Shown here piece by piece: positions 50,299 to 61,195 of a stretch of 64,000 nt of DNA. How positions within the stretch are numbered: position 1 is the first letter of the stretch; every line of letters begins with the position of its first letter. The position numbers and the translations under genes are program-made. This DNA comes from Bacillota bacterium (lineage in GTDB: Bacteria > Bacillota > UBA4882 > JBLNCG01). The stretch spans positions 64,283 to 128,282 of the forward strand of contig JBLNCG010000028.1 in NCBI GenBank assembly GCA_050260475.1. The letters are read 5' to 3'. The notes under the pieces are model-generated. The model was not told the DNA's origin, made no database searches, and saw only the letters and a list, made by a program, of their open reading frames with translations.

Positions 50299-50766
50299 AT
50301 GGAGGTTGATTTCTTGGCATTACTGCAAATTAAGCTGGAAGGCGAATCCTGCCTACGCCGGAAATCCGAACAGATTAAAAAAATCACCAAACAGTTGCTA
50401 AAGCTTGGCCAGGATATGCTTGAAACAATGTATGAGGCGAAGGGAGTCGGGCTTGCCGGTCCGCAAGTCGGTATAAACAAAAGAATTATCGTAGTTGACA
50501 CGGGGGAAGGACCGTTTATCTTGATCAATCCGGAGATAATGCAAATGGAAGGAAGGCAGAAGGATGTGGAAGGATGCCTGAGCATTCCCGGACGCAATGA
50601 ATATATCACTCGCGCCGCCTCGGTAATTGTTTCCGGCCTTGACCTGAAGGGAAGAACCGTTAAAATAAACGCCGGCGGATTGCTGGCCCGGGCTTTTCAG
50701 CATGAAATCGATCACCTGAACGGGATTCTTTTTATAGATTATCTGTCGGAAAAGACGGAGGATTAA
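50299..50766 (+). CDS. def: peptide deformylase
   Basis: GVGLAGPQVG, EGCLSIP and HEIDHLNG motifs. The true start may be TTG 50314. Confidence 0.85.
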   Translation: MEVDFLALLQIKLEGESCLRRKSEQIKKITKQLLKLGQDMLETMYEAKGVGLAGPQVGINKRIIVVDTGEGPFILINPEIMQMEGRQKDVEGCLSIPGRNEYITRAASVIVSGLDLKGRTVKINAGGLLARAFQHEIDHLNGILFIDYLSEKTED

Positions 50767-50767
50767 G

Positions 50768-51709
50768 ATGAAGGTTGTCTTTATGGGAACTCCCGATTTT
50801 GCCGTGGCATCCCTGGAAAAGTTGCTTGAAGACGGTTTATTCTCAATCCGCGGCGTTGTTACACAGCCTGATCGTCCCAAAGGAAGGGGGCAAAAGCCTG
50901 GCTTTTCCCCTGTGAAGAAAACCTCTTTGCGCCATAATTTGCGGGTATGGCAGCCGGAAAGCATTTCTGACGACGCTTTCCAAAAGGAATTATCCCAGGT
51001 CGCGCCGGATGTAATTGCAGTGGTTGCCTTCGGACAAAAAATTCCCCCGCAAATCCTTAACATGCCGCCTTTCGGCTGCATCAATGTTCATGCTTCTCTT
51101 TTACCCAGATATCGCGGTTCTTCGCCCATCCACCGGGCTGTGATCAACGGGGAAACTGAAACCGGAGTTACCACCATATTTATGAACGAGGGATGGGATG
51201 AAGGGGATGTAATTTATCAATTTAAAATTCCGGTGGGTACTGATGAAACAGTGGGCGAACTTCATGATCGCCTGGCGCGCGAAGGCGCTCTGCTTCTTGT
51301 AAAAACTTTGCGCGATATCAGCGTCAATTGTGCGCCCAGGATTTTACAAGATCATACCGCCGCCACTTACGCCTATAAGTTAAAATCCGAAGAATCGAAC
51401 ATTGATTGGGCAAAACCGGCCAGGAGCATTCACAATCTGGTGCGCGGCATGAATCCCTGGCCGCTGGCGCAGACAATTTTCCGGGGAAAAATGCTGAAGA
51501 TCTGGAGAACTTCACTCATAGGCGATACCAGCCCGGTTTCCGCCCGGCCAGGAGAAATTGTTAAAACAGGCAAAAATATTTTGCAAGTTGCATGTGGACA
51601 AGGGTATATTAATCTGGAGGAACTTCAACCGGAAAGCGGTAAACACATGACCGTACAGGATTATATCGGAGGATACCGCCCCGACGAAGGGGAAGTTTTC
51701 GGAGAATGA
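50768..51709 (+). CDS. fmt: methionyl-tRNA formyltransferase
   Basis: Formyl-transferase N-domain (HASLLPRYRG) plus C-terminal domain. Confidence 0.9.
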   Translation: MKVVFMGTPDFAVASLEKLLEDGLFSIRGVVTQPDRPKGRGQKPGFSPVKKTSLRHNLRVWQPESISDDAFQKELSQVAPDVIAVVAFGQKIPPQILNMPPFGCINVHASLLPRYRGSSPIHRAVINGETETGVTTIFMNEGWDEGDVIYQFKIPVGTDETVGELHDRLAREGALLLVKTLRDISVNCAPRILQDHTAATYAYKLKSEESNIDWAKPARSIHNLVRGMNPWPLAQTIFRGKMLKIWRTSLIGDTSPVSARPGEIVKTGKNILQVACGQGYINLEELQPESGKHMTVQDYIGGYRPDEGEVFGE

Positions 51710-51757
51710 GTTCGCGGGTAAATAAGAATAATATGCGAATTATTGGGAGGGATATGA

Positions 51758-52462
51758 ATGTTTTTCATGGGACCGTACGGCTATCTGGTATTCATAGGCC
51801 TTATTCTGGTGATGTGGGCGCAATTTAAAGTCACCGGCACCTTTAACAAATTTGCGAATATCCGAACCATGTCAGGATATTCCGGGGCCGAAACAGCACA
51901 AAGGCTGTTGCGGGATTACAATTTATCCGAAATTACCGTGGAGATGGCGCAGGGTTTTCTGGGAGACCATTATGATCCCCGGCGCAAGTCGGTCCGCCTT
52001 TCGCCTTCGGTATATCAAGGCCGCTCTTTGGCGGCCGTCAGCGTGGCGGCGCATGAAACCGGCCATGCCATTCAACATGCCCGCGGCTATGCCCCGCTGC
52101 AGATCAGATCGGCCCTTTTTCCGGTCGCCTCTTTCGGATCTACCATTGGCTTTTATATCGCCTTCTTTGGCCTGATTGTTTTGTGGCGCCAGGGTAATCC
52201 TTTACTGTTTCAACTGGGCATGATATTATTCGGCGCCGCGGTATTGTTCCAGGTGGTTACCCTTCCCGTGGAATTCAATGCGTCTTCCCGCGCCTTGAAT
52301 ATGCTCGGGGAAAGCGGTATTTTATCCAAAAGCCAGGAACTCTCCGGGGCGAAAAAAGTGCTGCGGGCAGCGGCTTTGACATATGTGGCGGCGGCGGCCG
52401 CATCGATTCTCAATTTGCTTCGCTTACTGCTCATGAGCCAATTAGGGCGAAGGAATGACTAG
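51758..52462 (+). CDS. putative membrane zinc metallopeptidase (YugP/Zn_peptidase_2 family)
   Basis: HETGH zinc-binding motif and several TM helices. Confidence 0.65.
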   Translation: MFFMGPYGYLVFIGLILVMWAQFKVTGTFNKFANIRTMSGYSGAETAQRLLRDYNLSEITVEMAQGFLGDHYDPRRKSVRLSPSVYQGRSLAAVSVAAHETGHAIQHARGYAPLQIRSALFPVASFGSTIGFYIAFFGLIVLWRQGNPLLFQLGMILFGAAVLFQVVTLPVEFNASSRALNMLGESGILSKSQELSGAKKVLRAAALTYVAAAAASILNLLRLLLMSQLGRRND

Positions 52463-53861
52463 AAGCAATCCATATTCGGTAACCATGGAAGTGCTCCGTA
52501 AGACGGAAAAAAACGGGGCTTATTTAAATATTGCCCTGCATCATTCGCTAAACAGGGCTTGTTTATCCGAAAGGGACGGTTACCTGGTTACGGATCTGTG
52601 CAACGGCATTATACGCCAGCGGCTGACCTTGGATTATCTGTGGAACCGGATGATTGATCGCGGTTTTAAAAAAATCCAGCCGGCGATGGTTGATTTGCTG
52701 CGCATCGGCATATATAGGCTCAAATATCACAGCGTGAATTCCCCCGGCTTTATTCATGCTTTGCTGGAAGTGGCGAAAGGCTATGTTTCTCAGGGGGCGG
52801 TGGGAATGCTGAACGCGGTTTTTCGGCGTTTTTTGCTGGAAATGGATGCCATTCCATGGCCTGATGCGCACGAAAAGCCTGCCGATTATTTGTCGGTCTA
52901 TTATTCCCAACCGCTCTGGCTGGTAAAAAGATGGCTTGCCCGATTCGGATTCGACGCCGCGGCATCACTTTGCTCTTTTAACAATACCAAGCCGCCGCTG
53001 GTGGTCCGGATTAATACATTTAAAATCGCCCTTGAAAAAGCCTGTGGATATTTCAAGGACAAAGGCATTGACTTCGAGATTTCACCATATTTCTGCGATG
53101 CGTTGAGAATAACCGGACACTGGAATCCGGCGGAAGATCCTGCATTCCGGGACGGTTGGTTTTACTTGCAGGATGAAAGTTCGATGCTCCCTGCTTACAT
53201 TTTAAAGCCGAAGCCCGGCGAATATGTTATCGATCTTTGCGCCGCCCCCGGAGGGAAGACCGCTTATCTTGCGCAGCTCATGGAAAATCGCGGGAAAATA
53301 GACGCCTGGGATATCCATCCCCATAAATTGCAACTCCTCAGGGAAAATATGATCCGCATGGGATTTTCCATTGTCAATCCAGTGCTTGGGGATGCCCGGG
53401 AAATATCCGCTCAAACTCTACAGGCGGATGGGATTATACTGGACGCGCCCTGTTCCGGCACGGGCGTATTAAGGCGCCGCGCTGATGCACGATGGCGAAA
53501 GCAGCCTGGGGATCTGGAAAAGCTTACGGAATTACAGCGGGAGCTACTGGACCGGGCCGCAAAAGTGTTGAAACCCGGCGGCAGGCTGGTATACAGCACC
53601 TGTTCCCTTGAACCGGAGGAAAACGATATGCAAATCAAGAATTTTATGTATAGGAATCCTGAATTCACGGAGCTTCCTTTGAATCCTGAATTTCCTCCTG
53701 CCTGGGCTGAAAAAATGCCGGAGGTTCAGGGCTGCTATTACATTCTACCTCAACAATGGAATGTGGATGGTTTCTTTATCGCTCTTTTAAAAAAACAAGT
53801 GATTGCAGGAGAAATTGGAACTTCAAGAAATAAATCTCCGAATCCTGGTAAGGAGGCCTGA
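52455..53861 (+). CDS. rsmB: 16S rRNA (cytosine967-C5)-methyltransferase RsmB/Sun
   Basis: NusB-like N-domain, SAM-binding DLCAAPGGKT, catalytic PCSGTG and TCS motifs. Confidence 0.85.
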   Translation: MTRSNPYSVTMEVLRKTEKNGAYLNIALHHSLNRACLSERDGYLVTDLCNGIIRQRLTLDYLWNRMIDRGFKKIQPAMVDLLRIGIYRLKYHSVNSPGFIHALLEVAKGYVSQGAVGMLNAVFRRFLLEMDAIPWPDAHEKPADYLSVYYSQPLWLVKRWLARFGFDAAASLCSFNNTKPPLVVRINTFKIALEKACGYFKDKGIDFEISPYFCDALRITGHWNPAEDPAFRDGWFYLQDESSMLPAYILKPKPGEYVIDLCAAPGGKTAYLAQLMENRGKIDAWDIHPHKLQLLRENMIRMGFSIVNPVLGDAREISAQTLQADGIILDAPCSGTGVLRRRADARWRKQPGDLEKLTELQRELLDRAAKVLKPGGRLVYSTCSLEPEENDMQIKNFMYRNPEFTELPLNPEFPPAWAEKMPEVQGCYYILPQQWNVDGFFIALLKKQVIAGEIGTSRNKSPNPGKEA

Positions 53862-53867
53862 TTCTTT

Positions 53868-54839
53868 TTGAAAAAATATGCCATTGGATTTGATTTGGGC
53901 GGTACCAACATGGTGGCGGCAGTTTTAAGCATAGATGGAAAAATTATGCGGCGCAAGAAAGTTCCCACACTGGCTGCGGAGGATAAAACCAAAGTATGGG
54001 CGCGTATGGCTGGCGTAATCAATGATTTAATCAGGGAATCGGGCGTCGATCGCGGCGAATTCTTAGGAGTGGGGCTGGGATCTCCAGGTTTAGTCGACCG
54101 TAAAAACGGCGTGGTTTTCACATCTCCGAATCTGCCGGATTGGGAGAATATACCGCTGGCGAATATCATTGCGCAGGAAGTCTCCCTGCCGGTTTATGTG
54201 GATAATGACGTCAATGTAATCACATTGGGCGAGCTATTTTTCGGGGCCGGTAAAGGCAGAAAAAACTTTATTTATCTTACGCTGGGCACCGGGATCGGCG
54301 GAAGCATCGTCACGGATGGCGCTATATTGAGGGGGGAAAATGGATTTGCCGGCGAGGTGGGACATATGACCGTTGATCCTGATGGGCCTTTATGCGGCTG
54401 CGGAAATTACGGCTGTTTGGAAGCCCTTTCTTCCGCTACCGCCATTGTCCGGAGATTCACGGAAGGTTTGGTCAAAGGTGGCCAATCTAAAATACTGGAG
54501 ATCATACACGGCGATTTATCGCGTATTGATACGAGGCTTATATGTCAAGTAGCCGAACAAGGCGACTTGCTTGCACGTAAAACGCTGGAGGAAGCAGGCA
54601 TATATCTTGGTGTTGCTATTGCCAATCTGGTAAACCTGCTGAATCCTGAAGCGATAATCATTGGCGGTGGCGTGTCGTTAGCCGGGGAACACATATTTGC
54701 TCCTTTAAGAAGGACGGGCTCCATACGGGCCTATCGGCAATCCTGGCAAAATATGGAATTGCTTTATTCAAAAATGGTAGATGACGCAGGTTTATACGGC
54801 GGCCTGGCCTTAGTCCTGGAAAACGTGAACCGGAATTAA
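53868..54839 (+). CDS. ROK-family glucokinase
   Basis: FDLGGTN ATP-binding N-terminus and the ROK zinc motif CGCGNYGCLE. Confidence 0.75.
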   Translation: MKKYAIGFDLGGTNMVAAVLSIDGKIMRRKKVPTLAAEDKTKVWARMAGVINDLIRESGVDRGEFLGVGLGSPGLVDRKNGVVFTSPNLPDWENIPLANIIAQEVSLPVYVDNDVNVITLGELFFGAGKGRKNFIYLTLGTGIGGSIVTDGAILRGENGFAGEVGHMTVDPDGPLCGCGNYGCLEALSSATAIVRRFTEGLVKGGQSKILEIIHGDLSRIDTRLICQVAEQGDLLARKTLEEAGIYLGVAIANLVNLLNPEAIIIGGGVSLAGEHIFAPLRRTGSIRAYRQSWQNMELLYSKMVDDAGLYGGLALVLENVNRN

Positions 54840-54945
54840 TAAATTCTTTAGAGTATCGATTATAATCATTTGTAAAAATTTGGCGCCTAAGAAAAATGAA
54901 AAACGGAAAAGCCAAACGAAAGCAAATAAAATCCTTGAAAAATCC

Positions 54946-54974
54946 TTGTCATTTTGCTTGTAGTATGCTATAAT
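54946..54974 (+). promoter_or_regulatory. sigma-A promoter TTGTCA-17-TATAAT for the rimP-nusA-infB operon
   Basis: -35 TTGTCA 54946-54951, -10 TATAAT 54969-54974, with a TG 2 nt upstream. Confidence 0.65.
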
Positions 54975-55038
54975 CAACGTAGAAACTTGTGAAGAGTGGG
55001 AAAAACCCCACTCTTTCGACTTGTTGGAGGGAAGATCA

Positions 55039-55503
55039 TTGTCTGCATCCCTGGAAAAAGCGCTCATTATAAAGCTGGAGCCGATAATCAACACATCCGG
55101 GTATGAACTTGTGGATGTCTCTTATCTGAAAGAAGCCGGGCAGTGGTATTTGAGATTGTTTATTGATCATCCCCATGGCATAACCTTGCAGGACTGCCGG
55201 TATATCACGGAGCGGATCATGCCGGTTTTAGACAAGGATGATCCCATCCCTCATCAGTACCTGTTGGAAGTGTCTTCCCCGGGCCTGGAAAGACCGATTA
55301 AAAAAGAACAGGATTTTCCAAGATTCTATGGCCGAAAAGTAAAGATAAAATTGCATGCGGCATTTAACGGACAAAAAAAATATGAAGGAATTTTACGGGA
55401 TAATTCCGCCGAATTTCTTTGCCTGCAAATCGACAACGAACTTTTAAAATTGCCCAAATCTTTAATCGCAAAAGTAAACTTGCATCCGGATCTGTTAATC
55501 TAG
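55039..55503 (+). CDS. rimP: ribosome maturation factor RimP
   Basis: Conserved RimP N-domain. TTG 55039, 6 nt after GGAGGG. The ORF is open from 55021. Confidence 0.85.
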   Translation: MSASLEKALIIKLEPIINTSGYELVDVSYLKEAGQWYLRLFIDHPHGITLQDCRYITERIMPVLDKDDPIPHQYLLEVSSPGLERPIKKEQDFPRFYGRKVKIKLHAAFNGQKKYEGILRDNSAEFLCLQIDNELLKLPKSLIAKVNLHPDLLI

Positions 55504-55558
55504 GAGTATTCAAATATGCGCTGGAAATTAGCAGTATCAAGAAAGGAGACCTCCTGCG

Positions 55559-57085
55559 ATGAACGTGGAATTTATTGAGGCATTGCGGCAAATCGAAAAG
55601 GAGAAAGGCATATCCCGGAATATTTTGATTGAAGCCGTAGAAACGGCTTTAGCTGCTGCATATAAAAGAGAACATACCGGGCCTCAAAACATAAAAGTAC
55701 AGATGGATCCCAATAACGGATCCATGAAGGTTTACGCTTTGTATACCGTTGTAGGAGAGGTTAATGATCCGCGGCTGGAACTCTCTGAAGAGGAAGCGCA
55801 GAAAATCATGCCCGGATATAAAATAGATGATGTGGTGGAACAAGAATTACCTCCAAAGGATCTGGGGCGAATTGCCGCACAAAACGCAAAACAGATCGTA
55901 ATTCAGAGGATCCGGGAGGCGGAACGCAACATCATTTATGAGGAATTCATAAGCCGCCAGGGGGATATCGTCACCGGCGTGGTGCAGCGCTATGAGCATA
56001 AAAACGTTTACCTTGAATTGGGCAAGGCGGAAGCCATATTGCCAGCCTCGGAACAAATGCCAAATGAACGCTATGAACAGAATCTCAGGTTGAAGACCTA
56101 TTTGTTGGAAGTAAAAAAGGCCTCCAAGGGACCCCAGATTACCGTATCACGGACGCATCCAGGCTTGCTCAAACGCCTGTTTGAATTGGAAGTTCCGGAA
56201 ATATACGATGGCACAGTGGAAATCAAGTCCGTGGCCAGGGAGCCGGGGTACAGATCAAAAATCGGCGTATACAGCAGGGATAAAAACGTGGATCCGGTCG
56301 GATCATGCGTGGGCGCAAAAGGTTCCCGCGTGCAAAGCATTGTCCGGGAATTGAGGGGGGAACGCATTGATATCATTCCCTGGAATGAAAATCCTAAAAT
56401 ATTTATTGCCAATGCGTTAAGTCCGGCTAAAGTGTCGGAGGTATATATCGCTCCCGAAACCAGAAATGCAGTGGTAGTGGTTCCCGATGATCAATTGTCC
56501 CTAGGGATCGGCAAGGAAGGCCAGAATGCGCGTTTGGCAGCTAAATTGACCAATTGGAAAATCGACATCAAAAGCTTCACGCAAGCCCAGGAAATCTCGG
56601 ACCAACTGGACGAAATGCGTCGTCTAGAAGAAGAAGCGACGATTATTCCAGAAGTTATCGTGACCGAGACCATTGGCGTAGAGCAATCGTGGGAAACCAA
56701 TCAGGTTCCAGTCGAATCCGGCGATTTCGTTCCTGCACCGGAGGAAGCCAGTGAAAATCGGGGCAAGAGAAAAAAACGTAAAAAGGACCAGGATGAAACT
56801 ATACCTCTCGATGATCTATTAGTCAAACCCGTCAAGAAAAAGGCGAAAAAACCGGCTAAATTTTACGAAGTGGACGATTATTTACATGAACCCGCCTATG
56901 AGGATACGAATACTCAGATGGAGGCAGGTACAACCATGATTTTTTCGGATGAAAACCATGAGGATAAATTTGGCGTTAAGTTGGGTGATTTATTCAAGAA
57001 CTTAAGCGGCTTTGAAAGTTCGGGAACAGAAAAAGAGGAAAAAACGAAAAAACCTCCAACACGGCAAAAAAAGAAAACTAAATGA
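55559..57085 (+). CDS. nusA: transcription termination/antitermination factor NusA (with C-terminal acidic/basic extension)
   Basis: NusA N-domain, S1 and two KH domains. About 150-aa C-terminal low-complexity tail rich in E/K. Confidence 0.95.
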   Translation: MNVEFIEALRQIEKEKGISRNILIEAVETALAAAYKREHTGPQNIKVQMDPNNGSMKVYALYTVVGEVNDPRLELSEEEAQKIMPGYKIDDVVEQELPPKDLGRIAAQNAKQIVIQRIREAERNIIYEEFISRQGDIVTGVVQRYEHKNVYLELGKAEAILPASEQMPNERYEQNLRLKTYLLEVKKASKGPQITVSRTHPGLLKRLFELEVPEIYDGTVEIKSVAREPGYRSKIGVYSRDKNVDPVGSCVGAKGSRVQSIVRELRGERIDIIPWNENPKIFIANALSPAKVSEVYIAPETRNAVVVVPDDQLSLGIGKEGQNARLAAKLTNWKIDIKSFTQAQEISDQLDEMRRLEEEATIIPEVIVTETIGVEQSWETNQVPVESGDFVPAPEEASENRGKRKKRKKDQDETIPLDDLLVKPVKKKAKKPAKFYEVDDYLHEPAYEDTNTQMEAGTTMIFSDENHEDKFGVKLGDLFKNLSGFESSGTEKEEKTKKPPTRQKKKTK

Positions 57086-57098
57086 AGGTGGCCGTTTG

Positions 57099-57383
57099 AT
57101 GCCTAAAACTAAAAAAATCCCGCAGCGGAAATGTCTGGGATGTCTGGCCATACGGCCGAAAAAAGAACTCATAAGGCTTGTGCGCACTCCGGAAGGTGAA
57201 CTCGTCATCGATCCTACCGGCAGAAAACCCGGGAGAGGAGCATATCTTTGTCCGAGACAGGTTTGCCTTGATAAATTGAAGCGTAGTAAACTTTTGGGGA
57301 AAAACCTGGAAGTACGGATTGAATCCGGCTTTTGGGATGAACTGGCCCGTTTTTTACAGGAACGCCCTGCAGATCATGAATGA
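57099..57383 (+). CDS. ylxR: YlxR-family RNA-binding protein (DUF448)
   Basis: [19 protein letters not shown]...GRGAYLC motif. GAAGGTGG RBS. Confidence 0.8.
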   Translation: MPKTKKIPQRKCLGCLAIRPKKELIRLVRTPEGELVIDPTGRKPGRGAYLCPRQVCLDKLKRSKLLGKNLEVRIESGFWDELARFLQERPADHE

Positions 57384-57405
57384 TCAGAAGAAAGACGGTG
57401 ATGTC

Positions 57406-59775
57406 ATGACGCGAGTTTTCGAGTTGGCAAAGGAGCTTAACGTTTCCAGTAAGGATTTGCTTACTGTTTTACGGCGTTGGGATATTGAAGCAAAAAATCA
57501 TATGTCAAACCTGGAATCGGAACAGGTCGAAGAAGTACGCCGCAGATACTTGGGGGATAAGGCCCCTGGAGCGGTTAAAAGAGTTGAAAACAAAGAAAAC
57601 AATCAACCGGTAAAATATGAGGCAAAACAACAGATGAAAGGGTCGGTTGCACCCCCCATCCGGCGCGAACAGAGTGTGGTGAAACACGGAAACTCAATCC
57701 CGGTTGCCCAAAAAACTTCCGCTTCGTCCGGGATGTTGAGGAGGATCAGCAAACCTGCACCAAAACAAATGCAGGAAAGTTCCACGCCTCAACATAAACA
57801 ACGCCAACAGCCTCCACATCAACAACAGCGTCGCCAACCTCCGCTGTACCAGCAGCAACAGCAACGCCGTCAACAACAGCAGCGGCAACATCAGCAACCG
57901 CAACATCAACGCAGACAGCATTCAATCCAGCAGCAGCCGCAGCAACAATTCCGGAGCGCTAAAAACCTGAAACAGACTTTTGCAACGGCCGCATTACCAA
58001 AAAAGCAGGCAGAACAAACAAAAAAAGCCGGTACGCTAATGCTGCCGGAATCAATACAAGTTAAAACTTTCGCAAATCTGATGGGCATGACTGCAGGTGA
58101 AATTATCAAAAAACTGATGATATTGGGTATGATGGTGACAATCAACCAGGAAATCGACAGGGAAACCGCAGAAATCGTTGCTCATGAATTCGGTTGGAAG
58201 GTAGAAGCGCTTCCCAGCGAAGCTGATCAATTAATGGTAGAGGAAATAGAAGATGAACCGGATGAATTGGAAATACGTTCTCCGGTAGTAACAGTTATGG
58301 GCCATGTAGATCATGGTAAAACTTCGCTTCTCGATGCCATCCGTTCCACGAATGTGGCATCCCAGGAATCCGGAGGTATTACCCAACATATCGGGGCGTA
58401 TCAGATAGAGTTCAAGAACAAGCCGATTACTTTTTTAGATACACCGGGCCATGAAGCTTTTACGGCGATGAGAGCACGCGGTGCGCGGGTTACTGATATC
58501 GCGGTACTTGTAGTGGCGGCGGATGACGGTGTAATGCCCCAGACCGTAGAAGCGATCAACCATGCGAAGGCGGCCGGTATCCCGATCATCGTGGCAATCA
58601 ATAAAATTGATAAATCCGATGCCAATCCCGACCGTGTAAAACAACAACTTACGGAATATAATCTGGTTTCGGAAGAATGGGGTGGAGAAACCATTATTGT
58701 CCCCGTATCCGCCAAACAAAAAATAGGCCTGGAGGATCTGTTGGAAACCATCTTGTTGGTGGCAGACGTACAGGAATTAAAAGCCAATCCCAATCGCAAC
58801 GCTAAAGGCCCCATAATCGAGGCCAAACTGGATAAAGGCCTTGGTCCCGTCGCCACAGTACTTGTGCAAAACGGAACACTGAATTTGGGAGATACGGTCA
58901 TAGCCGGTGCAAGCTATGGCAAAATCCGCGCCATGATCAATGACAAGGGAAAACGTGTGAAAAAAGCAGGGCCTTCCGTACCTGTTGAGGTATTGGGATT
59001 CAATGAACTGCCCAACGCCGGTGATATATTATATGTGGTTGAAGAGAGAGTGGCCAGGGATTTAGCGGCCAAGCGACAAAATAAACGCTGGGAAGATGAA
59101 CTGCGCAAGACCCAAAAAGTTACGCTTAATGATTTGTACGAGAAAATCAAGGAAGGAACCATCAAAGAGCTCAATCTAATCGTAAAAGGGGATGTACAAG
59201 GTTCGGTGGAAGCAATCCGCCAAGCTCTGGAACGCCTTGGAAAAGAGGATATAAAAGTAAACGTCCTTCATTGCGCCGTTGGCGCTATTACAGAAAGTGA
59301 TGTGCTTCTTGCGAGCACTTCTAATGCCATAATTATCGGTTTTAATGTAAGGCCGGAACCCATGGCAAAAAAAATAGCGGACAAAGAATCTGTAGATATC
59401 CGGCTTTATAGGGTCATATATGATATAACCTCGGATATCGAAACAGCCATGGCCGGTATGCTGGAACCGGAAATCAAGGAAAATGTGCTGGGGCATGCGG
59501 AAGTACGCGCAATTTTCAAAGTTCCCAAAATAGGCAGTATTGCCGGATGTCTTGTGGTAGACGGGAAAATATTGCGCACCTCTGAAGTAAGGGTGCTTCG
59601 CGATAATGTAGTGGTTCATGAGGGCAAAATCGGTTCATTAAAGCGTTTCAAGGATGACGTAAGGGAAGTGGCAAGCGGTTATGAATGCGGTATTGGTCTG
59701 GAAAAATTCAATGATGTAAAAGAAGGGGATGTTATCGAATCCTATATCATGGAAGCAGTAAAAGCCACTTCATAA
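57406..59775 (+). CDS. infB: translation initiation factor IF-2
   Basis: N-terminal [19 protein letters not shown], a Q/R-rich linker, G-domain ([21 protein letters not shown]), C-terminal beta-barrels. The start could be further upstream (ORF is open from 57319). Confidence 0.9.
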   Translation: MTRVFELAKELNVSSKDLLTVLRRWDIEAKNHMSNLESEQVEEVRRRYLGDKAPGAVKRVENKENNQPVKYEAKQQMKGSVAPPIRREQSVVKHGNSIPVAQKTSASSGMLRRISKPAPKQMQESSTPQHKQRQQPPHQQQRRQPPLYQQQQQRRQQQQRQHQQPQHQRRQHSIQQQPQQQFRSAKNLKQTFATAALPKKQAEQTKKAGTLMLPESIQVKTFANLMGMTAGEIIKKLMILGMMVTINQEIDRETAEIVAHEFGWKVEALPSEADQLMVEEIEDEPDELEIRSPVVTVMGHVDHGKTSLLDAIRSTNVASQESGGITQHIGAYQIEFKNKPITFLDTPGHEAFTAMRARGARVTDIAVLVVAADDGVMPQTVEAINHAKAAGIPIIVAINKIDKSDANPDRVKQQLTEYNLVSEEWGGETIIVPVSAKQKIGLEDLLETILLVADVQELKANPNRNAKGPIIEAKLDKGLGPVATVLVQNGTLNLGDTVIAGASYGKIRAMINDKGKRVKKAGPSVPVEVLGFNELPNAGDILYVVEERVARDLAAKRQNKRWEDELRKTQKVTLNDLYEKIKEGTIKELNLIVKGDVQGSVEAIRQALERLGKEDIKVNVLHCAVGAITESDVLLASTSNAIIIGFNVRPEPMAKKIADKESVDIRLYRVIYDITSDIETAMAGMLEPEIKENVLGHAEVRAIFKVPKIGSIAGCLVVDGKILRTSEVRVLRDNVVVHEGKIGSLKRFKDDVREVASGYECGIGLEKFNDVKEGDVIESYIMEAVKATS

Positions 59776-59856
59776 AAAACAGACATTACTTTTATGAATC
59801 GCGAAAAATTTATGTATTATTCCCAAATTCCTTTATATAAATGGAGTTGAAATATT

Positions 59857-60216
59857 ATGACAAATAAAATACGGCAGGAAAGGCTCAGGGAGGTTATTAA
59901 AGCTGATATCGCGGAAACACTTCAACGGGAACTGAAGGATCCCCGTATTAAGTTCCTTACTATTACGGATGTGACAGTTTCCTCTGATCTCCGGCATGTA
60001 AAAATATATTTCAGCGTGCTTGGAGGAGAGGATAAATTTGAAGAAGCCATAGCTGGTTTAGAAAGCGCAAAGGGATTTATCAGATCGGACCTGGCAGGCA
60101 AATTGGCGCTGCGTTTTGTGCCCGAAATATCTTTTTTGCCTGATCATTCCCTGGAACATGCCGCCAGGATTATGTCACTTTTATCCCAGCTAAAGGAAGA
60201 AAAAAATGATCGCTGA
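59857..60216 (+). CDS. rbfA: ribosome-binding factor A
   Basis: Conserved RbfA KH-like fold sequence (RQERLREVIKADIAETL...ITDVTVSSDLRHVKIYFSVLG). Confidence 0.9.
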   Translation: MTNKIRQERLREVIKADIAETLQRELKDPRIKFLTITDVTVSSDLRHVKIYFSVLGGEDKFEEAIAGLESAKGFIRSDLAGKLALRFVPEISFLPDHSLEHAARIMSLLSQLKEEKNDR

Positions 60217-61195
60217 TGGAACACCGATTTATTCCCGAGGGAACCATGATTTTTGGGAGATTGTTAAAGTAAAAAAACACTTTCTGCTGACCGTTCATGA
60301 ACACCCGGACGGAGATTGCCTGGGTTCTATGTTGGCGTTGGGCATGGCGTTAAAGTCCCTCGGAGGCAGTATTTTATACTGCTGTAATGAAAACCTTCCC
60401 GCAGTTTATAATTTTTTACCCGGCATCGAGCAGGTTCAAAAAAAACTGCCGGATGAATGGCAGGGGGAGGTCCTCATCTCTCTGGACTGCAGTGATATTT
60501 GTCGGTTGACCATCGAACACCAAAAGATATCCGATTTTTTTCTTATAAATATTGATCACCACCAAACAAACACAAATTTTGGCCAACTTAATCTGGTTGA
60601 TGGGAATGCTTCAGCTACGGGGGAGATGATCTACAATTTATTACACCCAATGGTGAAGATCGATTACCAGATGGCCTTGTGCTTGATGGTGGCGATTATT
60701 ACGGACACCGGCTTTTTTCGTTTCGCCAATACCACCCCGGGTTGTTTGCGGATCGCCGCGGAATTGATGGAAGCCGGAGTGGAATTAGGCCAGCTTGCGG
60801 AACAACTTCAGGAGCGGAAGAAAATTACGGTGCTGCTGCTTTTAGGTGAATTATTGTCCAGCCTTAAAATCGGCGCTTCCGGGCGAATTGCCTGGATGAG
60901 CGTTACTAAAGAGCATCTTGCCAAATATGGCACTGAAATATCGGAGACCGAAGGTTTTGTAAATTACGCGAAGACCATCGACGGCGTTCTGGTGGGAATT
61001 TTATTTAAGGAAATGGATGATCAGGTTATAAAAGTAAGTCTGCGTTCGGGCCCGGAAATCGATGCAAGTAAAATCGCTCAGTATTTTGGAGGCGGAGGCC
61101 ATCCAAGAGCAGCAGGCTGCTCGTTAAAAGGGAATTTATCTGAAGCGCAAAGTAATTTCATCACATATCTGGAGTCACAATTAATGAGAAAATGA
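60206..61195 (+). CDS. nrnA: DHH/DHHA1 bifunctional oligoribonuclease / pAp phosphatase NrnA
   Basis: DHH motif (NIDHHQTN) and DHHA1 GGGH motif (GGGGHPRAAG). Confidence 0.75.
   Translation: MIADGTPIYSRGNHDFWEIVKVKKHFLLTVHEHPDGDCLGSMLALGMALKSLGGSILYCCNENLPAVYNFLPGIEQVQKKLPDEWQGEVLISLDCSDICRLTIEHQKISDFFLINIDHHQTNTNFGQLNLVDGNASATGEMIYNLLHPMVKIDYQMALCLMVAIITDTGFFRFANTTPGCLRIAAELMEAGVELGQLAEQLQERKKITVLLLLGELLSSLKIGASGRIAWMSVTKEHLAKYGTEISETEGFVNYAKTIDGVLVGILFKEMDDQVIKVSLRSGPEIDASKIAQYFGGGGHPRAAGCSLKGNLSEAQSNFITYLESQLMRK

Noticed and set aside
57780-57965. Possible CRISPR or tandem repeat array in the triplet-repeat region
   Set aside because: It is in frame within infB, encodes a Q/R-rich linker, and has no regular repeat-spacer periodicity. 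No CRISPR array exists anywhere in the window.
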